Shown here: piece after piece, positions 10,688 to 20,646 of the stretch
Layout of the letters: every line of letters starts with the position of its first letter
How positions within the stretch are numbered: position 1 is the first letter of the stretch
From: Candidatus Babeliales bacterium
Lineage (GTDB): Bacteria; Babelota; Babeliae; Babelales; JANWKD01
DNA: 64,000 nucleotides
Direction of reading: 5' to 3'
NCBI GenBank assembly: GCA_963762115.1
Contig: CAVXJH010000006.1
Location: 224,001-288,000 of the forward strand
The notes under the pieces: model-generated
Databases searched by the model: none
The model's input: only the letters and a program-made list of their open reading frames with translations
What the model was told of the DNA's origin: nothing
Program-made: the position numbers and the translations under genes

Positions 10688-11425
10688 TTATTGTTGACCG
10701 GCTTTTAATAATTCAATAAACACATCTTCAAGATTTTTTTGCTTGAAATCGGTTAATAGCTTATCAGGTGTATCGATGAGCTTTATTTGCCCGGCATCTA
10801 AAATACAAACGCGATCAGATAGTTTCTCCGCTTCATCAAGATAATGGGTAGTGAGCAAAACGGTGATGCCATCCTTTTTGAGATTTTTGATCATTTCCCA
10901 CAGATTTCTTCTGATGTGTGGATCAAGACCAACAGTAGGCTCATCTAAAATAACAAATTCAGGTTTGTGAATTAAACTACGTGCAATCATAAAGCGTTGT
11001 TGATAGCCGCCGGATAACACTGATGCTTTTTGATGAAGATATTTTTGTAACTCAAATTGATGAACTAATTCATCAATGCGTGTTTTAATTTCAGTTGCCG
11101 AAAGGCCATAAAATTTGCCGGCAAAAATGAGATTTTGTTCCAAGGTGAGCATCGTATTAAGATTTGGTTTTTGTGGGCAATATCCTAATCGTCGACGAAA
11201 AGCAGGAATGTTTTTAAAAATTGAGATGCCGTTATATTCAATATCACCTTCACTTGCAGGATGCAAAGTCGCAATAATTGACGATAAGGTTGTTTTTCCG
11301 GCGCCATTTACACCCAGAAGGCTGAGGATTTCTCCTTTGAAAATTTCTAAATTGATGCCTTTCAGGACTTGGCTGTTGCCATAGTTTTTTTTGATATTTT
11401 TTATGGTAAGTAAAATTTGGTTCAT
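10688..11425 (-). CDS. ABC exporter ATP-binding protein (DrrA/NodI-like)
   Basis: GVNGAGKTT, LSGGY, ILDEPT and TTHY motifs. Confidence 0.92.
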   Translation of the reverse strand: MNQILLTIKNIKKNYGNSQVLKGINLEIFKGEILSLLGVNGAGKTTLSSIIATLHPASEGDIEYNGISIFKNIPAFRRRLGYCPQKPNLNTMLTLEQNLIFAGKFYGLSATEIKTRIDELVHQFELQKYLHQKASVLSGGYQQRFMIARSLIHKPEFVILDEPTVGLDPHIRRNLWEMIKNLKKDGITVLLTTHYLDEAEKLSDRVCILDAGQIKLIDTPDKLLTDFKQKNLEDVFIELLKAGQQ

Positions 11426-11772
11426 AAAGCCTCATGAGTGTGCTTTTTTGTGTGAGCGCACCGTTAAAAGAGTGTTGTTAAAAAATACGATAAAGATTAT
11501 GAGTATAAAAACAGTAAACGAATGTGTTTTGTTTAATGAAGTAATAATGAAAAAAAATAAGGCAATAAAAAAGAGCAAATACAAAATATTGTATTTTATT
11601 TTTGGAACAAAATCTGCCTCACTAAACGAAAATTAGTTTAATGTGTGGGGGCAATGTGTACAGTGGTTTTCATGTTTTTCTCTCCTTTGAGAGTTTTTTT
11701 GAAAGTATGCGATAGACAAAATGTCTAATTTCAAAAATAGTATTTGTGTGATAAAAAGTCAAATAAAATAAT

Positions 11773-12570
11773 TTAATTATTCAGCATATATTCAAGATTT
11801 TGTAATTTTCCAATAAGTAAATCTAGCTCATGAACCAACAATTTTTCAGTGGATTTTTTTGCCAAGATTGGTATGTTCGGCTTTTGCGTAGCAATAGGTA
11901 ACGGTTTTTTAATACAAGGTTGAGATGGTTCGATAGTTGGTTTTTCTATTGTTGCTTTTTGGGCAGCAGCATTAATTAATTGTTTAATTTCATAATTTGT
12001 TCCGGCGTAATCTGCTGCAGACTGGTTACCAAAATTTTTTATCGTTGTATCAGCATCGTAATAGAGTAATAATTTTACGATGTCGACAAAACCACCTTTT
12101 GCAGCATACATTAAAGGGGTAACACGTGTGTCTGACATGCCACTTGGATCGGATTTATTAAGTTCATTAATCCATGCAGGTGCTTTTGGTAAATTATATT
12201 GTTCAGCTCCATCAAATTTTGGGTAAAACTCTGCGCTTGCCGTATTAGGGTTTGCACCATGTTTCAAAAGTAATTTTACAATTTCGGTATTACCTTGTGT
12301 AACGGCAGCTTGCAAGGCAAAAAATGCTGGGCCTTCTCGCCACCAAGTATGCTGTTCGTCAACATTGGGTTTATCGGCAAGAAATTCTTTTACTTTTTCG
12401 ATGTTTCCTGCATAAGCTGCTATAGGCAACCAATATTCTGCCTTTTGTTTCGCATCTTTAAATGCTCCGGTACCATCAAGGCGTTCATCGCCATATAAGT
12501 TTTCTGAATAGAGGCTAGCGTTGTTGCTTAGGCAAAGTAATAATAGCATCCATTTACAAGATATATTCAT
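11773..12570 (-). CDS. Ankyrin repeat protein with signal peptide
   Basis: ALQAAVTQGNTEIVKLLLKHGANPN and TPLMYAAKGGFVDIVKLLL. Confidence 0.9.
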   Translation of the reverse strand: MNISCKWMLLLLCLSNNASLYSENLYGDERLDGTGAFKDAKQKAEYWLPIAAYAGNIEKVKEFLADKPNVDEQHTWWREGPAFFALQAAVTQGNTEIVKLLLKHGANPNTASAEFYPKFDGAEQYNLPKAPAWINELNKSDPSGMSDTRVTPLMYAAKGGFVDIVKLLLYYDADTTIKNFGNQSAADYAGTNYEIKQLINAAAQKATIEKPTIEPSQPCIKKPLPIATQKPNIPILAKKSTEKLLVHELDLLIGKLQNLEYMLNN

Positions 12571-12718
12571 TATTTCCTAACAAAATAAAATAGTTATATT
12601 TGAACGTTAGAAAAAAATCATTATGAAAATCAAGAATTGTAAAAATAATATGTTTTATGATGTATTATTTAGAAGAGTATGTTCTTATAAAAATTGTTAT
12701 TATTTTTTATATTCTTCG

Positions 12719-12873
12719 GCCCTATGCGGGCAGCACAAAGGTATTGTTTGCCCAATACCTTTGATACAAGGGCACCAACGTTCCGTTGGATCGTCTCTCC
12801 CGCGCGAATATGCACCATTCCATTGTTGATGCCTTCAGCATCAAAATTCCAGGTGCACGTCGCACTACCGGAC
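12719..12873 (-). ncRNA. Putative structured non-coding RNA, family unassigned (6S RNA is one candidate)
   Basis: GC-rich island in an AT-rich intergenic region; closing stem plus three internal hairpins; G-U pairs favour the minus strand. Confidence 0.6.
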
Positions 12874-12943
12874 TAACTTATTTATAAAAAAATTTCACCA
12901 TGCAATATATTCATGCCTTGCCGGCATAAGGCAAGTTTTGATG

Positions 12944-13966
12944 CTATTTTTTGCTTTCAATATCAATAATTTTTTGCTTATTTTTCATAGAAATTATCAC
13001 GGGTTCTTTTGCCTGTAAATTATGTTTCATTAAATCAACACTATATATTTGTGGATTTTCATAGGTATGAAAATAATATCGTTTATTACGTAAATCGCTT
13101 GCACTGGTCCATTGGGTATAATCATAAAGTTCTTTATTATTTTCCAGATGTCGTACAACGCCAAGGGGAATATTAAAGAGGTTGAGAAGATGAAAAGCAG
13201 CATCTAAAGCTTCATTTTCATTGTTGCCAACAACAATGCTTTGACTAAAAGCAACGGCGCGTATAAAGCGAGATGGCGGTGTGAAATCTCCTGGTAAACC
13301 AAGCATACCCGATCCTTGACCAAGGGAAGGTACGGTAACACCATTTTTAAGCTGAATATTTTGTGTATTGGTTGGTTTAAGATTTAAATAATTACCTAAA
13401 TTAATCATGTGCCAATCGAAGGGAGGAGAGTTAGTGAATGCGCCAAGTGGATTATCATACACAAATAAATTTTCGTTAACATATTCGATGACTAAACTTT
13501 TTCCTGTCGTGTCATGCACAATTGCATGTACGGGGGGAACAAATCCCCAAGGGCCAAACGTTGTGCTGCCAACAAAAATGCTTGTTAATGCTTTTTTGAC
13601 TTCATCAACTGTAGAAAAGTTGGTTAAAATCCATGTTATCAGTTCCCAAGGGGCAAGAGATTTTTTGTAGTTTTCTTGCGCAATTTCTTGATAATGAGCA
13701 AAATCAACAAAATAAAAAAGACCGCCTGCTAATCCTTTTTCGTTAACGCCATCAATAATATGATTAATATTTAATGCATTTGCACCAACAACAGCATAGT
13801 GCGACTGCCATTGCAGACCTTCTGCTTTCCCTGATGGTGCTGTGCCGGTAAATGTATAATTACGGGGAATGATAATGATGTTAGAGGCGATATCTTGTCC
13901 AAATTCTAGTGTGCGTGCATATACTGCTGCACCATTATCAGCGATTAATCTAATTCCTGTGCACAT
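12944..13966 (-). CDS. Choloylglycine hydrolase / penicillin V acylase family Ntn hydrolase
   Basis: N-terminal M-C-T nucleophile, ARTLEF, DGVNEKGL, TNSP and LPGDFTPPSRFIRA. Confidence 0.93.
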   Translation of the reverse strand: MCTGIRLIADNGAAVYARTLEFGQDIASNIIIIPRNYTFTGTAPSGKAEGLQWQSHYAVVGANALNINHIIDGVNEKGLAGGLFYFVDFAHYQEIAQENYKKSLAPWELITWILTNFSTVDEVKKALTSIFVGSTTFGPWGFVPPVHAIVHDTTGKSLVIEYVNENLFVYDNPLGAFTNSPPFDWHMINLGNYLNLKPTNTQNIQLKNGVTVPSLGQGSGMLGLPGDFTPPSRFIRAVAFSQSIVVGNNENEALDAAFHLLNLFNIPLGVVRHLENNKELYDYTQWTSASDLRNKRYYFHTYENPQIYSVDLMKHNLQAKEPVIISMKNKQKIIDIESKK

Positions 13967-14041
13967 ATGTTGTATCCCTTTTTCTAAAAAACTACTTTTG
14001 TTTGAATGTACAAAGGATTTTTGGAAAATTGATATATTTTT

Positions 14042-14809
14042 TTAGAAATTATGAGATTCTTGGGGGATTTCTGATTGAATCGGGCCTTCAGCTAATCCAC
14101 GAATGAATTGATAAATATAAGGATTATCAGATTCCCAAATGGTTTTAGCGTCACCAAAGAAGCGAATTTTTCCTTCATGCAGCAAGGCAACATAGTCGGC
14201 ATATTTAAAGATTTCTACATCATGAGAAATAATAATAGAAGTGATTTGAAATTGTTTTTGCATATCATACATGAGTTCATGTATCACGCGTGAGGTGATT
14301 GGATCAAGACCAGTTGTTGGTTCATCATAAAGAATAATTTTTGGTTGTGTCATGAGCGTGCGAGCAAGGCCAACACGTTTTCTCATACCACCCGAAATTT
14401 CAGAGGGATATTTGTTGAGAACATCTGAGTTAAGATTGACTATACTCAGTTTTTGAGTAACTAAGGGTAAAACTTCTTTCTCAGAAACATCATTTTCAAG
14501 AAGAGTGATTCCTACATTTTGAAATATTGTTAATGAATCAAGAAGTGCAGCGAATTGGAAAACATAGCCAAATTGTTTGAAAACTGCTTGGTGATCTTTT
14601 TTGCCTAATTCGGTGATATTGACATCATCAATAAAAACAGCTCCTGATGTTGGGTCAATGAGGCCAATAATCTGTTTGAGAAGAACTGATTTTCCTTCAC
14701 CAGATCTTCCGACAATGACGGTCATTTTTCCTTCAGGAATATCAAGTGAAACGCCATTAGTCACCCAACGCTCACCAAACTGTTTTTTTAAATCAACTAA
14801 TTTAATCAT
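14042..14809 (-). CDS. mlaF: MlaF/Mkl-type ABC ATP-binding protein
   Basis: GRSGEGKS, FQFAALLDSL, ISGGMRKRVGLAR and YDEPTTGLDP; follows mlaE. Confidence 0.88.
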   Translation of the reverse strand: MIKLVDLKKQFGERWVTNGVSLDIPEGKMTVIVGRSGEGKSVLLKQIIGLIDPTSGAVFIDDVNITELGKKDHQAVFKQFGYVFQFAALLDSLTIFQNVGITLLENDVSEKEVLPLVTQKLSIVNLNSDVLNKYPSEISGGMRKRVGLARTLMTQPKIILYDEPTTGLDPITSRVIHELMYDMQKQFQITSIIISHDVEIFKYADYVALLHEGKIRFFGDAKTIWESDNPYIYQFIRGLAEGPIQSEIPQESHNF

Positions 14810-14816
14810 ACTACTC

Positions 14817-15605
14817 TTAAAATAAAATTGCAGTGAGAAAGTAATTTGCCAAAATTAATAAAATTGAACCCATAACAACGCTTTGTGTTGTTGCAATACC
14901 AACACCGCGAGCGCCGCCGTTCGCAATATATCCTTTAAAGCAGCCAACCCAAGTGAGAATAAAGCCAAACCAAGCTGCTTTAATTAATCCGCTCGTGATG
15001 TCGGAAAATTCAAGATATTTTTTAATACCATGAATATATTGTTCACCGTTTAAGCCTAAAGCGTGAACGGCGATAAAATAACCACCCATAACACCAAACA
15101 TCATAGAAAAAACCGTCAGGAATGGCATAACAATGATGCCAGCAATCATGCGAGGAATGACAAGGTATTGGATGGGATTAATTGCTAGAGTTTGCAGTGC
15201 ATCAATTTGTTCGGTGATGCGCATAGTGCCGATTTCAGCAGCAATTGCCGATCCAGCGCGTCCGGTGACCATGAGGCCTGTAATAACTGGGCCTAATTCC
15301 CGTGCCATACTTAAGGCAACAACAGGGCCCACAAATTCTTGTCCGCCATAGCGCTTAAAGCCTATATAACTTTGTAATGCTAATACGGCACCAGCAAAGG
15401 TGCCCGTTAAAATAGCAATGATCCAAGAATCAACGCCAATTTCTTCTATTTGAACAAATGTTTTTCGTATCTTGAGCCGTGTTGAAAATAATGTTTTTAT
15501 CACCTGAAATAAAAAGAGAACTAATGCCCCCATTGTTACACAAAGATGCAGGATAAAACCACCTAAATAAGCAAAAAAACCCTCAATTATTGAGATTGTT
15601 TTCAT
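14817..15605 (-). CDS. mlaE: MlaE family ABC permease
   Basis: RELGPVITGLMVTGRAGSAIAAEIGTMRITEQIDAL. Confidence 0.93.
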   Translation of the reverse strand: MKTISIIEGFFAYLGGFILHLCVTMGALVLFLFQVIKTLFSTRLKIRKTFVQIEEIGVDSWIIAILTGTFAGAVLALQSYIGFKRYGGQEFVGPVVALSMARELGPVITGLMVTGRAGSAIAAEIGTMRITEQIDALQTLAINPIQYLVIPRMIAGIIVMPFLTVFSMMFGVMGGYFIAVHALGLNGEQYIHGIKKYLEFSDITSGLIKAAWFGFILTWVGCFKGYIANGGARGVGIATTQSVVMGSILLILANYFLTAILF

Positions 15606-15619
15606 TACTACAGCCTATT

Positions 15620-15937
15620 TTATTGCGGGGTTTGGGTTTTTATTGGATTCATTGGTTGTTGTATTGGGTTAGGTCGTGCTTGTGAAACATAACGTGATGA
15701 TTGATAATTATTGGTTTTCATAATTGAAAGTAACAATGATCCACCAATAAAAATCACGCCGAGTCCCCAGGTGATTTTTTGAAAAAGATCTTGGCCACCG
15801 GAACCACCAAAAAGCATTTGTGTGCCACCACCCAAATTACCGATACCCATGCTGCCTTTACCTTTTTGAACAAGAATCAGTAAAACAAGCAAAATGCATA
15901 CAAAAACATATACAGAAAGTAGCAATCCAAATAACAT
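15620..15937 (-). CDS. secG: Preprotein translocase subunit SecG
   Basis: LILVQKGKG...LFGGSGG..FQKITW; GGAG SD before ATG at 15937; follows tpiA. Confidence 0.92.
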   Translation of the reverse strand: MLFGLLLSVYVFVCILLVLLILVQKGKGSMGIGNLGGGTQMLFGGSGGQDLFQKITWGLGVIFIGGSLLLSIMKTNNYQSSRYVSQARPNPIQQPMNPIKTQTPQ

Positions 15938-15974
15938 TTTTTCTCCAGAAATTTTATAGTGAAATAACAATTAC

Positions 15975-16736
15975 TTACTCATGCAATAATGATACAACTT
16001 TTTTTAGTTCTTGGAAATCGGTACTTGCTTTCCCTAATAAAAATCCATCCAATAAGGGTATTTTTTTTAACGGTATAATTGTTTCAGATGAAACGCTGCC
16101 GCCATAGATCATAGTTGCATCAATACCATGTTCAAGGGCAATTTTCTTGACCAAATTGAGGATGTTTTCTAAGTTTTTTTCGGTGGGAATATTTCCTGAT
16201 CCAATGGCCCATCGAGGTTCATAGGCAAATAGTGCTTGTGTAGTATAATTTTTTTTTAATGTTGAGCAAAAAAGCGTAATCTGTTTGGCGATGCTGATTT
16301 CTGTTAAATTTTGTTCATATTCTTGCTTGCTTTCACCAAAACATATAATTGGTACAAGAGTATATTTTAATAAAATGGTAATTTTTTTGAGCATTGTTTC
16401 CTGATAGAGATTCCAATTTTCGTATGTTTCACTGTGGCCAATTATACAATAATGACAGCCAATTTGTTGCAATGATTGCGCACAAACTTGTCCCGTGAAT
16501 GGTCCGGATTCATGTTCAGAACAATCCTGTGCGCCCAAAAAAATAGGAAGCTCTGAGAGAATTGTTTTGCATGCCGAAAGGGACTCAAAAGAGGGGCAGA
16601 GTACAAGGGAAATATCTTTTTGTTGTAAACAATACTGGGTTAAAGATTCTTTATTGGTTTCTAGCCAGGTTATCGCTTGATTGAATGAAAAGTACATTTT
16701 CCAATTTGCTATAAGCATGTATTTTTTGTGTTGCAT
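15975..16736 (-). CDS. tpiA: Triosephosphate isomerase
   Basis: ANWKM, IIGHSE, AYEPRWAIG and YGGSV. Confidence 0.96.
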   Translation of the reverse strand: MQHKKYMLIANWKMYFSFNQAITWLETNKESLTQYCLQQKDISLVLCPSFESLSACKTILSELPIFLGAQDCSEHESGPFTGQVCAQSLQQIGCHYCIIGHSETYENWNLYQETMLKKITILLKYTLVPIICFGESKQEYEQNLTEISIAKQITLFCSTLKKNYTTQALFAYEPRWAIGSGNIPTEKNLENILNLVKKIALEHGIDATMIYGGSVSSETIIPLKKIPLLDGFLLGKASTDFQELKKVVSLLHE

Positions 16737-16900
16737 TCTAAGCTCCTTTTTTAGTAATTAAGGTAAGTGTGCAATAAAATGCAATAAGATGCCAGTTTCC
16801 CTTTTTTATTTTTATCGTATTGCAAGAACTATTGAAAAATTGATCACTATTTTCACAGTATTGATATCATAGGTCTACTTTAAAAAGGGGGAAAGTTGTT

Positions 16901-17512
16901 ATGATTTCAATGCCTATTGCATGCATTCTTGGTATGCAAATTTTGAATTTTATACATACGGCACCAGAAATTATTTTAAACACCTTTAAAGAATATCCTT
17001 ATTTGCATAGTCCTAGTCTTGAAGAAAAAAAAACGTATCTTACTTGGTTTGCAGAAAATAAAGAAGGCATACTTATTGTGGCGCATGATCAAGATGAGTT
17101 GGCTGGTTTGATCACGGGTATTCCTATGGAAGCAGTGAAAGAATATATTCCTGAAATTGATGAATTGTTTAAACAAAATAATTTGTATTTAAAAGATTGT
17201 TATTATTGTGGGGATGTTATTGTTTTGCCCGGTTATCAAAGGCAAGGCCTCTGTAGTAAAATGTTTTCTGCCTTTGAACAAAAAGTAAAAGCTTTGGGTT
17301 ATAAAACAATATCCTTGATCACCTCAGTGCGAGAAGAAGATCATCCATTAAAACCTGCACAGTATGTTGATCCAGGAAGTATTTGGCAACATTATGGTTT
17401 TAACAAAACTTCAATTATCATAAAAAATATGCAGCCAACCGTTATTGATGATTTGGGCGCTGTTGAAGAGCAAGAAAATTCCTTTGTTTTTTGGATTAAA
17501 AAATTAGAGTGA
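16901..17512 (+). CDS. GNAT family N-acetyltransferase
   Basis: VIVLPGYQRQGLCSKM; paralog of 822-1430. Confidence 0.85.
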   Translation: MISMPIACILGMQILNFIHTAPEIILNTFKEYPYLHSPSLEEKKTYLTWFAENKEGILIVAHDQDELAGLITGIPMEAVKEYIPEIDELFKQNNLYLKDCYYCGDVIVLPGYQRQGLCSKMFSAFEQKVKALGYKTISLITSVREEDHPLKPAQYVDPGSIWQHYGFNKTSIIIKNMQPTVIDDLGAVEEQENSFVFWIKKLE

Positions 17513-17543
17513 TGTTTTAAATTATACTACATAAAGGGAAATT

Positions 17544-18737
17544 ATGAATTTTTATCAACTATGTATGATTGTTGTTTTTATTTTTTATCCAATTGGTTTT
17601 TTATTTGGGGTTAATGAAGAGCTAAAAAAAAATCTGTTGCAATTAGAAAATGCCCTAGATCAATTACATACATCATTGAACATACAAAGTTATAAAAAAG
17701 AATCTGTTCAAAAAACAATACAGAAAACAGATACAGAAAAAAGTATTGAAGAATTAATTATACCATTTAATGAATCAGATTTTGAATTATTGCCTCTAGA
17801 ACTAAAAGAAAAAGTTTTATTAGAATTGGTGCCGACATCAGTAATTCAGAATGCAGACCAGTTGATTGACAAATTACAAAAATTTACGAATATTGGCCAG
17901 CCTAATAAGGCCATTAGGGATGTCTTGTCCGATGAACATTTTATGAAAAATATAATCAAAGTAATGTTTTCTAAAATTGAAAATAATAAAATAATAGAAG
18001 ATGCAATAAAAAAGATTAGAGACTTTAGAAATCCTTATGATCCAAGTTTTAGAATAAGAATACTGCCGGTTTTTCAACAAGCCCTTAAAAACGTTATGAA
18101 TAAAATTGAAATGTATAAAAAAGCGGTAGATTCGAATAGAAAAGAGGTAGAAAATCTTACAAAAGAACTTATTGAAAAAAACTATTTGAATCCTAATTTT
18201 TTTATTGATGACAATGCGTTTTTGCATAATGCTGTTAAGAAGGATTTTTCAGGATTGATAGATTATTTAATAGAAAAAGGTGCAAATATCCATGCTAAAA
18301 ATAAAAAATTTGAAACACCTTTATTAATTGCTTTAAAAAATGACCCTCAATTAGCATTAGAATTAATGAAAAAATATAAAAATGTTAGGCTTACTGATGA
18401 AAGTAGTTTTATTATTAGGCTATTGTATTTCAATAAAGATACTTATATGGAAGCAATCAAAAAATTAATTAAGAAATCAGTTAAGAGAGGTTTAAGTCCT
18501 AATGCTGACAACTTAAAGTCTGCGCAATTTCGCACTCCCCTATTGATATGGGCAATTGATATAGCTGAATCAACAGGGTCCTTAAGGGGGAATTTGGATT
18601 TAATTGAATTTTTATTAAAACGCGGTGCAGATCCTGAACTTGAGTATGTAGATCATAGTGAAAATATAGATACGCCCTTAAATTATGCTAAAGATTATCC
18701 TGATATTATTGCATTGATGAATATTTATAAAAAATAA
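17544..18737 (+). CDS. Secreted F-box-like plus ankyrin repeat protein
   Basis: FELLPLELKEKVLLEL F-box-like motif; LHNAV...LIEKGANI and TPLLIA ankyrin repeats. Confidence 0.8.
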   Translation: MNFYQLCMIVVFIFYPIGFLFGVNEELKKNLLQLENALDQLHTSLNIQSYKKESVQKTIQKTDTEKSIEELIIPFNESDFELLPLELKEKVLLELVPTSVIQNADQLIDKLQKFTNIGQPNKAIRDVLSDEHFMKNIIKVMFSKIENNKIIEDAIKKIRDFRNPYDPSFRIRILPVFQQALKNVMNKIEMYKKAVDSNRKEVENLTKELIEKNYLNPNFFIDDNAFLHNAVKKDFSGLIDYLIEKGANIHAKNKKFETPLLIALKNDPQLALELMKKYKNVRLTDESSFIIRLLYFNKDTYMEAIKKLIKKSVKRGLSPNADNLKSAQFRTPLLIWAIDIAESTGSLRGNLDLIEFLLKRGADPELEYVDHSENIDTPLNYAKDYPDIIALMNIYKK

Positions 18738-18779
18738 TTTTTTTTTAAAAAAGATGAGGATTTTGCTTTTTTATGCCTA

Positions 18780-18930
18780 ACTTTTGGCATACATTTTTTA
18801 GCATTTTTACTTTCAACTGCATGATAGACTTGACGAATTGAAACAGTGCCAAATTTGTTGTGTGCAGAAAGGCCGAGTTGTTGCCAAGGCTGAAGAATCA
18901 CGTTTCTGCCCATAATTTTTGAATGATGCA
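18780..18930 (-). pseudogene. Degenerate copy of the photolyase 3' remnant found at 20468-20632
   Basis: 18780-18829 aligns by eye with 20477-20527 (VYHAVESKNAKK vs VDHAMESLKAKK, followed by a 1-nt deletion). Confidence 0.55.
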
Positions 18931-18953
18931 AGATTTTATTGTTTTAAATTTTT

Positions 18954-19019
18954 TTGGATTAAAGATTTGAAGTAAGCCTTTGATTATTGGATTAAAGATT
19001 TGAAGTAAGCCTTTGATTA
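18954..19019. repeat. Perfect 33-bp tandem duplication
   Basis: TTGGATTAAAGATTTGAAGTAAGCCTTTGATTA occurs twice in tandem. Confidence 0.95.
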
Positions 19020-19157
19020 TAAGCTCATTTTAGATAGTTATTGGCTTTTTATAGTAATTTGACAGTATTTTCTTTTTGTATTATTATGAAAAATAAAATA
19101 TATTTTTCATATATGGTTATTTTTAAATAATATACAATAAGGGTAAAAATATAAATC

Positions 19158-20462
19158 ATGAATTACTTTAAGATACATTATATGCTTCGGTTGCATATTT
19201 TATTTTTGATATGCATATCATTCTTTTCTGACATAATGCAGGCAGTAAATATTGAACATAAAAAATTTTTTGATAGTTCATCAATGGAAAAACAGGATCA
19301 ACTATTAAAAAAAGTTGAAAATATTGCGTCAAATCAGGATTATTCAGACGATGATTATGAAAAATGTGTTAGATTGGCACATACAGTGAATAAAAAATAT
19401 TCTGCAAATGTTCCTGCGAATTTTATTAATCAACCTACTCAAAATCAACAAGATTATCAGAGAATTATCGCACTAGGTCATGACGTCAATAAAAGATATT
19501 CTGCAAAGCATAAAAATTTATTTTTTCCAAAGGTAATTAACGTTGAGGAAAAGATAAAGGAGAGTATCAAAGAAAAGGATAAAAAAGGGCCTCAAGCAAT
19601 TGATTATTTCTCCGTAATTCCCTATAAAAAACCCAATGCAATAGCGCTTTCATTAATACCACAATCAATTCACAATGGGGATGAACTTCTATCTGTGTTG
19701 GGAGCGATTAATAATTTTGTAACTAATCATAAGCATCGCGAATTATTTGAATCGGAAGAATTTTTAAAATTATTCAAAGCAAAATTATCGCATGCCATTG
19801 CTGCAGATACAATATTTAATGATGCTTTAGAAAAGCTAAAAAAGACTCAAGTTTTAAAGTGCCTTAAAATAGTGGAAGCGCTACAAGAGATTGAAAATAA
19901 AATTGCAAACCATATTGTAGAAATAAAAGAAGGAAAATCAGAGAATATAAGACAATTCATTAAAGATGGTTTTGATCCTAATTTTATTATCAATCATAAA
20001 GATCCTTATCTTCCCATAGTATTTCAGAATAATTTATTAAGTTATGTTGATTTTAAAAACAATCCTGAGCTGGCAATAGAATTATTAGAAAAGGGTGTTA
20101 ATCCTAATGGTGCAAATTTATTGCGTAAACAATTTTTTATGCCGCCACCAACGTGGGAGCTTTTTAACGGCTCACGATATATTATTTACAAAAAATTATT
20201 TAAACTTCTTATAGAAAAAGGCTTAGATCCAAATCACAAGTTTAAATTGTGTGAGAATTTCTATCCCACGTTATTAGGAATTGTCGGCTTTTATTTTGAT
20301 TATGATATGGAATTACTTGAAATACTTTTAAAAAAAGGTGCTGATCCTCAATTAGAATATTATATAGAGAGCAGCATAAAAACAACTCCGTGGAAAAATG
20401 CTGAATTGAATAAACGTGAAAAAGTTTTAGCATTATTTAGAAAATATCAAAAATCAGAGTAA
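19158..20462 (+). CDS. Secreted divergent ankyrin-like protein, paralog of 17544 and 20647
   Basis: LLEKGVNPN, LIEKGLDPN and LLKKGADPQLEY; internal repeat LAHTVNKKYSA / LGHDVNKRYSA. Confidence 0.78.
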   Translation: MNYFKIHYMLRLHILFLICISFFSDIMQAVNIEHKKFFDSSSMEKQDQLLKKVENIASNQDYSDDDYEKCVRLAHTVNKKYSANVPANFINQPTQNQQDYQRIIALGHDVNKRYSAKHKNLFFPKVINVEEKIKESIKEKDKKGPQAIDYFSVIPYKKPNAIALSLIPQSIHNGDELLSVLGAINNFVTNHKHRELFESEEFLKLFKAKLSHAIAADTIFNDALEKLKKTQVLKCLKIVEALQEIENKIANHIVEIKEGKSENIRQFIKDGFDPNFIINHKDPYLPIVFQNNLLSYVDFKNNPELAIELLEKGVNPNGANLLRKQFFMPPPTWELFNGSRYIIYKKLFKLLIEKGLDPNHKFKLCENFYPTLLGIVGFYFDYDMELLEILLKKGADPQLEYYIESSIKTTPWKNAELNKREKVLALFRKYQKSE

Positions 20463-20467
20463 TTTTT

Positions 20468-20632
20468 TTAAGATCGACTTTCAGCATACATTTTTTTAGC
20501 TTTTAGGCTTTCCATTGCATGATCGACAATAGGTTTTTGATATTTTGTAGTAGTTTTTTGTGCAAACCAAGTGTGAATAGTTGATGGAGCATAATTTTTA
20601 AGCTGTGGAATCCATTTTTTGATATAGATATA
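20468..20632 (-). pseudogene. C-terminal fragment of a DNA photolyase (FAD-binding domain)
   Basis: Translates YIYIKKWIPQLKNYAPSTIHTW...KYQKPIVDHAMESLKAKKMYAESRS*; in-frame TAG directly upstream and no start at the 5' end. Confidence 0.75.
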
Positions 20633-20646
20633 CTATTGGAAAGAAT

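Noticed and set aside
12711..12810. Glycine riboswitch (GGAGAGAC...GCCGAAG on the minus strand)
   Set aside because: The spacing is too long, the downstream CUCUCAGG element is absent, and no glycine gene follows.
12623..12876. ORFs 12623-12829 and 12694-12876
   Set aside because: No recognisable motifs; better explained as open frames across a GC-rich structured RNA.
18725..18931. 68-aa minus-strand ORF as a real gene
   Set aside because: It overlaps a frameshifted photolyase remnant and has no convincing start or SD.
18954..19019. Possible CRISPR repeats
   Set aside because: Only two directly adjacent copies, no spacer, and no cas genes in the window.
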